DNA of 64,000 nucleotides from Octopus vulgaris (Eukaryota), in contig OX597820.1 in assembly GCA_951406725.2 (NCBI GenBank), forward strand, positions 88,784,001 through 88,848,000. Reading direction: 5' to 3'. Shown here piece by piece: positions 54,508 through 64,000 of this stretch. The number at the start of each line of letters is the position of its first letter. Within the stretch, counting starts at the first letter, position 1. Under the pieces are notes generated by a model, which did not search any database, had not been told where the DNA came from, and worked only from the letters and a program-made list of their open reading frames with translations. The position numbers and the translations under genes are program-made.

Positions 54508-54540
<33 letters not shown>

Positions 54541-54790
54541 GCATACATAGATACGCACACACATACATACAAACACACACACATACATACATACATACAC
54601 ACACACATATACACATACACACATACAAAGATACATACATGCTTGCATGCAGAGATACATACATACATACATACATACATACATACATACATACATACAT
54701 ACATACATACATACATACATACATACATGCATGCATAGATACATACATACAACACACACACACATATATACATATACATGCATACATGAC
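54200..54790. repeat. (TACA)n/(CA)n microsatellite field
   Basis: Directly visible. Confidence 0.95.
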
Positions 54791-55568
54791 AAAGAAGAAA
54801 CATCAAATTCATATGAATACATACACAAGAATTTGAGGCTAATGTTTTTCGTCAAAGATTGATAGGTGTTCAAGGATATCTAAATTTACGTCATTAAACC
54901 AAATGTTAATGAACTCGTGATGAAGATAAACTCTTAAATACAGATCGCTTATGACGCTTCGGTTACCTACACAAAGATGCACTCACATCTCATGTAAATG
55001 TTATCATTAAATACCATACCATAGAGTTACGTCCCTTTAGAAGTTGTTATATCTATTTCAGTGTCGCTGAAGTAACATCAATTTTCTTTCTCCGAAAAAG
55101 ATACCTAAATAAAAAACTAGGGATCTCTCGCTCTAAGTATGTTGGATAGCCGCTGACTATACTGAGTCTATTCACCCCTTGGCGAGTTTTGCAGACGAAT
55201 ATAACCATCACGGAAAAAGTATGCTTAAGAAATGGGTGTCAGCAATGTCCGTGCTGAAATTTGAAGTCAATGACGGTTTGCACAATACTGCTAAGACTCT
55301 CACATAGAAAGCCAAGTAGTTCTAGTTCAGAAACAAGTAAGAACAAGATTTTCAGCTTCGCAATGAGGCAGGTTTTATTTGAGAATTTCCTTATGTGAAA
55401 GAGGTGTCCAATCAAAAGCTAGGGTGTCTCTCATTCCCAGTTGTTGGATTGCCGTCTGTCAAGTTTCGTTTTTCGTTTAGCAGAGTGTCCAACGAAAACC
55501 ACCGTCCTTACCCAGAAGATCTGCTAACGTTGCCGGTTTAGTCACCGACGTCCCGAATATCTAACAGG

Positions 55569-55734
55569 TAGGGCCGGCCCTAGGGTTGCTGGCACCCCGG
55601 GTAAGCTGAACTTCGACATGTACAAACTGATGGTCGTGGAAATTTCCTTGTCTTTGTCACACCCTCCTTGGCACCGCCTAGCACATGGCGCCTAGGGCGA
55701 CTGCTCGAGTTATCGGTACCTTGAACCGGCCCTG
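55569..55734. mobile_element. 166-bp hAT-like MITE
   Basis: TIRs tagggccgg / ccggccctg; 8-bp TSD ctaacagg / gtaatagg. Confidence 0.7.
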
Positions 55735-56562
55735 GTAATAGGTTGTGTATGTTTTGCGGGGTTGGTATAAAGTCTCCTTTGGTTTTACTACGGAATCTTG
55801 CATACCATTATATAACATATGTCACGTATTCACTCGTGGAAATAATACAAGAAACAAACTTTAAAAATAACAGAGAGGCTTTATTCCTCTGCTAAATTAT
55901 ACAGTGGACCAAATAAGCAAATCACGAATTGTGGTGATTGTATAGTTTATCCTTAATTTGGATAATTCAGCTCTGGCTGTCATTGGCTACATGTACTTCG
56001 TTATAATGGCAGGAAAAAAAAACATGACTCGCTTACATGAAAATCGCTTACACCTCTGTCATAAATGTTTTGTTAAACCTATATAGACAGCGGTAGGTTC
56101 CAGCTCAGATTCAGGTTAGTTATTTGAGAATGTATTACGAACAACATGATTGGATCCTCGAGCCATATCCCGCATAATACTCGACCAATCAAAGCACAGG
56201 ACTCAACCAATGTTCCAAACTCACATTATAGGCAAGACGAATAACCAATACAGATTGTGAACCTACAAGAGGCTAGTTGGCTCCAGTATGCCATAATAGA
56301 AATTTGTCTCGTTACACACGCATACATACATACATACATACATACATACATACATACATACATACATACATACATACATACATACATACATACATACATA
56401 CATGCATACATACATACATACATTCATCATACATACATTCATCATACATACATACATGCATACATACATACATACATACATGCATGCATACATACATACA
56501 TACATACATACATACATACATACATACATACATACATACATACATACATACATACATACATA

Positions 56563-56710
56563 CGTAAAACAAAACACAAATATGCATATATACGTACATA
56601 CAAAAATAGCTTGTTGATATCGTTGAAATTCCAATAAAGGAGCCTTGGATCCAGGTTAGAAATCAACTCTTTCTCTAATGGCAAGTAATCTTGAAATAAA
56701 ACTGAATAAT
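56563..56710 (+). mobile_element. Isolated 3' UTR of the RLE element family at 9745-11555
   Basis: gttgaaattccaat.aaggagccttgg.tc.aggttagaaa..tcttgaaataaaactgaa shared with 11460-11550; preceded by (TACA)n. Confidence 0.8.
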
Positions 56711-56720
56711 GTCTTACTTA

Positions 56721-57025
56721 CAAGGGTTGTACGGAAAGTAATGCAAAAGAGGGCATAACCCTTTTATTAATTGGCATAGATCTTTCAACTGCGCATCTTG
56801 ATAGAATAACTCTTTCTCAATAATAACCTTTGTTCTTGTTCCTCTACAGTGCAAGCAAATATTGGGTTCCAAGCTGAAGTACCGAGCCGTCATTGAATTC
56901 TTGACGAAGGAAATATGAAGGCTGTCATAACACCATTGACAGGAGCGATGCTCACATATGGATAAAGAAATGTAAAGAAGGGGAAACTAGCATTAAAGAC
57001 AAACCACGCAGTGGGAGACCACAGT
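56721..57025 (+). mobile_element. Mariner 5' fragment
   Basis: TA-caagggttgtacggaaag terminus; YRAVIEFLTKE..WIKKCKEGETSIKDKPRSGRP. Confidence 0.75.
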
Positions 57026-57030
57026 TGAGA

Positions 57031-57335
57031 CCACTGGCATTATCATCGTGAAAGATTGCGTTTCCCCCCGGAAACAATTCCACAACCATAGGATGAATTT
57101 GGTCAGATAAAATGCTTAAATAGTCATGACTACTAATTCTGCCATGAAGGGAAACCGTTGGGCCGGTGGATTTCCAAGATATAGCCCCCGACTCAGATCA
57201 TCACAGATCCTCCTCCATGTTGAACAATTGGAAGAAGACAGTCTGGGTCAAATACTTCTTTTGGCTGTCTCCACACGTATACTCGGCCAGTGGTTGAAAT
57301 AAAGCAAAGGATGACTCGTCCTAGAAAATAGCGTT
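57031..57335 (-). mobile_element. Tc1 transposase catalytic-domain fragment
   Basis: GRVYVWRQPKEVFDPDCLLPIVQHGGGSVMI*..IFHDDNA. Confidence 0.85.
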
Positions 57336-57394
57336 CTTCCACACACACATACACCCCCCCCACACACACACACATATATGTATATTAATATATA

Positions 57395-57551
57395 CGACGA
57401 ACTTCTTTCAGTTTCCGTCTTCCAAATTCACTCACAAGGCTTTGGTCGGCTCGAGGCTATAGCAGAAGACACTTGCCCAAGGTGCCTCGCAGTGGGACTG
57501 AACCCGGAACCATGAGGTTGGGAAGCAAGCTTCTTGTCACACAGCCACGCT
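57395..57551 (-). mobile_element. SINE family B, 5' half
   Basis: Reverse complement of the family B head. Confidence 0.85.
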
Positions 57552-59004
57552 TATATATATAATATGCGTGTGCGTATTCTCTTACATATCTCTGTCCTTA
57601 AACTTTAACCTCTTCCTTTCTTTATCGTTAATTAACCTCTCATAAGGTATATTGACTCTCTGTATTCATTTACTTTGGCCTACATCAACAAAATTAGTAC
57701 GAGTTGAGCACTGGAGTCGCTGTAATCGATTTAACCCCTCCCCGCCAAAACTGTTGCCCTTATACCAAAATTTGAAACCAGTATTAAGACCAACTCAAGG
57801 ATGGCAGCGAACTGATACAGTCGTCAGAATGCTTCGTGGTATTCGTGCCGACTCTTTGGGCTTTGAGTTAAAAATACCGCCGAAGCCAACTTTAACTTTC
57901 GTCCTTTCGGATTGGGTAGAACTAAAAATACCAATCCTTTTTTGGGATTTGAGGAGTCTTGGCACAGTCGTTATTGCGCCGCCTATTTGGCGTCATTGAC
58001 TTATTTGACATCAGACGTTTTAATGTTTTCTCACATTTTGATATTGCTCTCGTTTTAATATCTCTCCCTCTTTCTCTTTCTTCCTTTCTCCCCCCTCTCT
58101 CTCTGAGCATGCTTTTCTTTATGTACATGAGAAGTGTTTATATCACTCGTGTTCAATTCATAAGTTGTAATGTCTTTCTCTCTCTCTTTCTCTCTTTATC
58201 TCCCCATCTTCCCTCTGTCTCTCATTCTCTCTGTATCAGTTTGAGTATATTTATGCATGCGTGTGCTTGTGTTTGCCTCTAGTACTAAAAACTACTGATC
58301 ACCAAAACAGATTCAATATCCACAGCCGTGCCACATAGCCCGCGTCTAGACAGCCACGCACAACCGACTTTATTTTGTTCTTAGTCATAGATTGGCGGAA
58401 CTGTTTGAACGTCGGATCAACTGAGATAATTGTTCCTGTTCTATGCGCCCTGAGTTCAAATCCGGGCATTTAACTAGGTGGATGGTGGATTTAATCCATC
58501 ACCTGGCTTAACACCACCACATGTCGCTTTGGGCACCTCAAATAGAGTCCAGTTAGTTGCAATCATTTGAACCTGGACTTTGGTTTGGCGATAGCTTCCT
58601 CATCATATCGGAGCCCTGTGAAGTGTCAAGGTCACCGACTACCACCCTCCCGACTAAAAAATAAGGGACAAAATATGCAAAATGTGCAAGCGAGAGGCTG
58701 CAATTGTTAGTCCGAATGTATTGGTTTGATGGTGTATTTCTTGTCGAAATAAAGTCACTTGCTTTAGAATGAAATGGTGCCAAGAGAAACTTAAACATAA
58801 TTATTTATTCCTTTAATTAAAGTTGAAGGATTAAGATTAGAGAATTTAAACTTGAGCATGATTGCTTTTGATTGGCAAACATGAAATATCATCCAGTTCC
58901 TCACACTTTATACACAGACGCATAGTAACACATTTAAACTCATAGCTGTGCGCACGCACTCATACATAATACATACATACGTGTGTGTGTGTGTGTGTGT
59001 AATA

Positions 59005-59235
59005 ATAATAAAAGTCATATATGGTTCTTAAAGAACAAGGTGTCAGCTATAAGATTTACTGGAAGATCTTGGCCAAGCGTGAACCTTATACCAACGGTAG
59101 TGGTAAATGCGGTATTTGTGATATGGAAAGATGGCTCATCTGGAAACGTTCCTTGGACCCCGCTACATGTTTAAATTCAAGAACTGAACTTTTTGGATTA
59201 TGTCCATATATAACAAAATACCTATTACAGTTTTG
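59005..59235 (+). mobile_element. Penelope-like GIY-YIG endonuclease C-terminal relic
   Basis: YKIYWKILAKREPYTNGSGKCGICDMERWLI..LNSRTELFGLCPYITKYLL fits the W.IL..PY..CxxC..E..I..LN.R.E..C pattern of PLE ORF ends. Confidence 0.8.
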
Positions 59236-59538
59236 GGTTCCCAACATCACGGATAGAATCTGTATTTTTACTATGTTCCTGTACAAGCTTTCCTTATGCC
59301 TTAACATTTTTTATTGTTTTTTTTATATATTTTCATTTTTTCTTTTTAATTGTGCGTTTGTGTACGTGGGTATGTGTGTGCGTGTGTATACATGTGTACG
59401 CGTGTATGTATGTATATGAGTGTAAGACTGTGTCCGGTGCATAAGTGCGACTTTCATGCTCACATCTCCTTCTTTTATACGTATATGTATATGCATATGC
59501 TTGTATATCTTCGATTGTAGGTGTGTGATAGGAGGGTG

Positions 59539-59570
<32 letters not shown>

Positions 59571-59580
59571 TGTATGTATG

Positions 59581-59611
<31 letters not shown>

Positions 59612-59631
59612 GTATATATATAAAATATATT

Positions 59632-59696
<65 letters not shown>

Positions 59697-59742
59697 AAGT
59701 TTGAAAACATACTATATAAGATAAATTTTAATTTTCTTAGAA

Positions 59743-59790
59743 ATTTTACATGTTTCGGTTCTTCTTGAAAAAACGAACCTTATCAAAAAT
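59743..59790 (-). ncRNA. Hammerhead motif with compensatory U3-A8 core
   Basis: attt-TTGATAA-ggttc(13 nt)gaacc-GAAAC-AT-GTA-aaat. Confidence 0.6.
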
Positions 59791-59934
59791 ATTTTAAAAA
59801 GTTAAGTGTAATAAAAAAGTTCATAATTGTTTCTTACTGGTTGCAACAGAATCCACGTGGTGGTTTGTTGTGGGGAATAAGCATCATAGCTGTCTTATGT
59901 GTTCGAATAAAACTGAGGTAATGGTCAGAGGCTG

Positions 59935-59970
<36 letters not shown>

Positions 59971-60521
59971 GTATATATATATATCTGTGTGCATATGTAC
60001 ATATTTGTATATTCATATATGCGGTGAGTGTAAAAGTTTGCCTGTATGAGTATGTATATATGTATCTGTGCGCATATTTATATGTATAAATGTCTAAATA
60101 TATATGTAATCATACTCCTATGTGCATATAAAGATGAAGTTGCAAGCATATATACGTATATGTGTGTGTGCTTGGTTATGTGTATAAGTACGTAAATGCA
60201 CATATATGCTTGTGTATGTATGGGCATGTATATATACATGTTTGTGTGAGTATGTATGTATATAGACGTTATGAACGCAGGAGGTTTTTATGTCTATGTA
60301 TTGCGAGAATATGGTTACGTGTATTTTTATATGTTTTTCCTACCTATTAGAGTAACTTCCCTTTTATTCAACTTTTTTATAGCGTCTATTGTTATAATAG
60401 CCAATGAGAATGCATCGTAGCTCTTAGCTTCGGCATTTGAAACTCCTATAATGACAAGTTATTGATTGTCCAAACTATACATACATACACACATACATAC
60501 ATACATACATACATACATACA

Positions 60522-60605
<84 letters not shown>

Positions 60606-60609
<4 letters not shown>

Positions 60610-60731
60610 GAGCGTAGGCTCGAAACGTTAAAGACTTGTTTTATTTATATTTCCTGAGCGCCATACTAATACAATTGTTCGTTTGTTTTCCACCTGCCTT
60701 CGTCTTTTCTCTATTTTCATAAAGCTTCCCG

Positions 60732-60732
<1 letters not shown>
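60606..60732 (+). mobile_element. Penelope-like terminal fragment with 5'-truncated hammerhead
   Basis: gaagagcgtaggctcgaaacgttaaaga; homolog of 7728-7927; (TA)n on both sides. Confidence 0.65.
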
Positions 60733-60777
<45 letters not shown>

Positions 60778-61324
60778 GTGCACACATAGACACACACACA
60801 TATCACTTACTATACACAGAATTCAAATTCGAGCTACTAATAGTTTCATGCCGTGAAAACAATAATCTGACAAGCAAGTATAGTGGGCTATGTGTTTCCA
60901 AACAATTGTTTAGACTCAAATATACAACATACCTGTTTTTTCTCCTTAATAAAATCAAGACATTGATCTTTGAGAAAACACAAGAGGAAGACCAAAGAAA
61001 AAAGTGTAATAAGGAAAAGGAAAACTGAATCCGGAGAGAATGGTATTTTCCAGTTCAAAAAAAAAATTTGCCTTGATGCTTACATTTAATAAAATCTCCA
61101 TTTCTGGAATTTACTAGGTCAGTTGAGTTCTTAGATCTAAAAAGAATATAAGATATTTTTACTGAACAAAGCCTGCATATCTTTGATCCATTACCTTATG
61201 GTGTGATCGTTCCACGAGGCTCCACTTGATGGTGTGTGGTGTGTAGCTGACCTTCAGATCCCAGTTATGGCTAGCTAACTTCGTGGCTTGCTTCCTGTCT
61301 ACGCGTCAGAAAGGAGGCTGATGG

Positions 61325-61600
61325 TTAGTGTATCTTTGTGTTAAAATCACTGTCGCATGTATCAATGAACTTTTCCTTTTGATATTCGTTATTTTGACTA
61401 CGTACTACGGTGATTTCATCTCCATAAACCACCGGGATATCATGCATGCCTGGTCGAGTGGGCAAGTTTTTGGGTCTCGACTGTCTACGGTTTGTTAGAA
61501 CAAGACTATACTGCGGTAGATTCCATAAGAGAGACTCCCATATTGGCTTTCTGGTGCAAAATGCACTCTTATTTATATCGCTAGCGGGGAGATAAATCCC
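61325..61600 (-). mobile_element. Decayed Ty3/Gypsy-like reverse transcriptase
   Basis: DINKSAFCT resembles DIPKTAFxT and VVYGDEITVVRS resembles VYxDDILVxS, at plausible spacing. Confidence 0.55.
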
Positions 61601-61964
61601 TGCCATTTCCAGCCACGAGGTTTCTTTTTTATTGTTGTTCATTAAAAAATGTACAACAGGAAGAGGTGCATGTGTCTATGTTTCTGGATTTCAAATGCTT
61701 CTCTCGGTGTGTGTATGTTGTTTGTGTTTGTGTATGTGTGTGTGTGTGTTTTGTGTGTGTGTGTGTGTGTGTGTGTATTTTGTTGTTGTTGTTGTTTAGT
61801 TCAAGTGAAGCCTGATTAAGTAGACTTCACTCAGGCAATAATTGTCTGTTACAATTTATATGTTGTAAAAACACTTATCTTTACACATGTGTATGTGTGT
61901 GCGTGTGTGTGTTTATATAAATGCATGTATTTGGGTGTATGTGCTTGTATGTGCATGCATACGA

Positions 61965-62004
<40 letters not shown>

Positions 62005-62089
62005 ACGTATGTACGTATGTATACGCTTGCAGTTATGTGTACACTTGTCTATGCTTGTGTCATACTTGCATATATTTGAGTGTGTGTGA

Positions 62090-62126
<37 letters not shown>

Positions 62127-62177
62127 TGTGTGTGTGCTTGTACGTCTATAAAAATGTACATGTGTCTCTGTGTGTGT

Positions 62178-62216
<39 letters not shown>

Positions 62217-62774
62217 TGTTCAGTCTGTGCGTGCGTGAGTGCTAGTCTAATCTACAGGTATTGTTTTGGTGTTTATACTTTAACAAAAAGGTCTGGCCTT
62301 TAGGTAAGCCCCACATATAGCTAAAAACAACAACAAAAAACAAAAAAACCGAACCACACATCTATAAATAATCTTTTGTACCTTGAATTAGTTCCGCTCC
62401 TTAACTACCACCACCACCATCACAACCACCGCCTAAGTGCCCATGTGATCTATTCACACTGCGAAGGGAACCCTTACATCGTTTGTTCACAATAGATATG
62501 ACTAATATGGTATCCACCAATAAATAAATAAGCAAAAAGGGAAACAGAAATATTTTTTGTTGTCTGATTATTTATGAGAGGAGAAACACTCCTAAGGTAG
62601 AGGGATTTAAGAAAAAAAACATTCGCCTTTACATATCTTGTTCTTAATTGCTTTGAATTTCTTTTAGTTTCTCTTAACTTCCTTTTATTCAGTTACAGTA
62701 TTGCACTCTTCTTTACTTTCCAGCAACTCCTACTGCCGGTGTTACCCTACAGCCATGTTGTCTGAGATACTGGC

Positions 62775-63157
62775 TGGAAGCACTCCGTCGGTTACGACGA
62801 CGAGGGTTCCGGTTGATCCGATCAACAGAACAGCCTGCTCGTGAAATTAACGTGCAAGTGGCTGAGCACTCCACAGACACGTGTACCCTTAACGTGTACC
62901 CTCGGGGATATTCAGCGTGACACAGAGAGTGACAAGGTCGGCCCTTTGAAATACAGGTACAACAGAAACAGGAAGTAAGAGTGAGAGAAAGTTGTGGCGA
63001 AAGAGTACAGCAGAGATCACCACCATCCCTGCTGGAGCCTCGTGGAGCTTTAGGTGTTTTCGCTCAATAAACACTCACAACGCCCGGTCTGGGAATCGAA
63101 ACCGCGATCCTACGACCGCGAGTCCGCTGCCCTAACCACTGGGCCATTGCGCCTCCT
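62775..63157 (-). mobile_element. SINE family C, full length
   Basis: Near-identical to 37069-37454, with a small internal duplication acgtgtaccct. Confidence 0.9.
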
Positions 63158-63587
63158 CAGCATATTGTAGCTAAAAATTCGTTGTAAATAGAAGAAAAAT
63201 AATAATAAAAAAACAGTGAGTTTTCTTATGGGCTTGTTTCGATAATTTTGAGTCTTTTTCAGAGAAAATACACCCTTTATTTCTCACTTCTCAAAAAAAG
63301 GGTGAGAAGAGATGGTATTTGAGATGAGATGTTTGAGGGCTATGGTTGGTGTGATACGGATGGATAGCCCTGACTGCATTCACGATATGTCCAAAACATA
63401 GGCGCAGACCTGGATTGTGTAGCATGGTTCCACTGAGAAGTGTTTAATAAGGTAGCCACGGATTGACCAATGAATTGTGAATGGAATTTAGTGAACAGAC
63501 AGAGTGCTGAAACTACCATACACACACAAGAATTAACAGAGAAAGGCTGAGAGTTATTGGCCAAAACGCTTAATACAGTGAAAATAA

Positions 63588-63917
63588 TCTTTTCTACTCT
63601 AGGCACAAGGCCCGAAATTCTTTTTTTTGGGTGGGGGGGCAGTCGATTAGATCGATCCCAGTACGCAAATGATACCTAAATTATTGACCCCCGAAAGGCA
63701 AAGTCGACCTCGGCGGAATTTGAACTCAGATCGTAAAGAGAGACGAAATACCTATTTCTTTACTACCCACAGAGAGGACAAACAAGGACAGACAGACAAA
63801 CGGATTAAGTCGATTATATCAACCCCAGTACGTAACTGGTACTTAATTTATCGACCCCGAATGGATGAAAAGCAAAGTCGATCTCGGCGGAATTTGAACT
63901 CAGAACGTAACGGCAGA
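63588..63917 (-). mobile_element. SINE family A composite
   Basis: Junction gaaatacc|tatttc at 63752/63753. Confidence 0.85.
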
Positions 63918-64000
63918 ATGTGACGGTTTTGGTGATGGTGGTAATGGTAACAATGATGAAGAAGAGAAGAAGAAGAAGAAGAGGGACGATGACAACGTCG

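Overview
AT-rich eukaryotic DNA saturated with microsatellites ((AAT)n, (TA)n, (CA)n, (TACA)n, (GATA)n, (ACC)n, (GAT)n) and transposon relics. The repeat landscape suggests a coleoid cephalopod, probably Octopus (inference). I find no credible host protein-coding exon or intact RNA gene; nearly all long ORFs are translations of simple repeats, so the window is probably intronic or intergenic. Recognisable content: at least four tRNA-headed SINE families (my labels A-D), a ~555-bp non-coding element sitting in (AAT)n, restriction-like-endonuclease (R4/Dong-type) LINE ends in (AAT)n or (TACA)n, RTE, CR1 and Gypsy RT relics, mariner/Tc1/maT relics, hAT-, Tigger- and Merlin-like MITEs, non-autonomous Helitrons, and Penelope-like fragments carrying about ten hammerhead ribozyme motifs. 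Most notable: (1) a SINE that repeatedly inserts at one GGTATTTC site in the head of its own family (7 junctions, one with a perfect 16-bp TSD); (2) hammerheads with catalytic-core variants, including a U3-A8 covariant and a pair inside a ~300-bp inverted repeat; (3) microsatellite-targeting retroelements. Coordinates were read by eye and may be off by a few bases.
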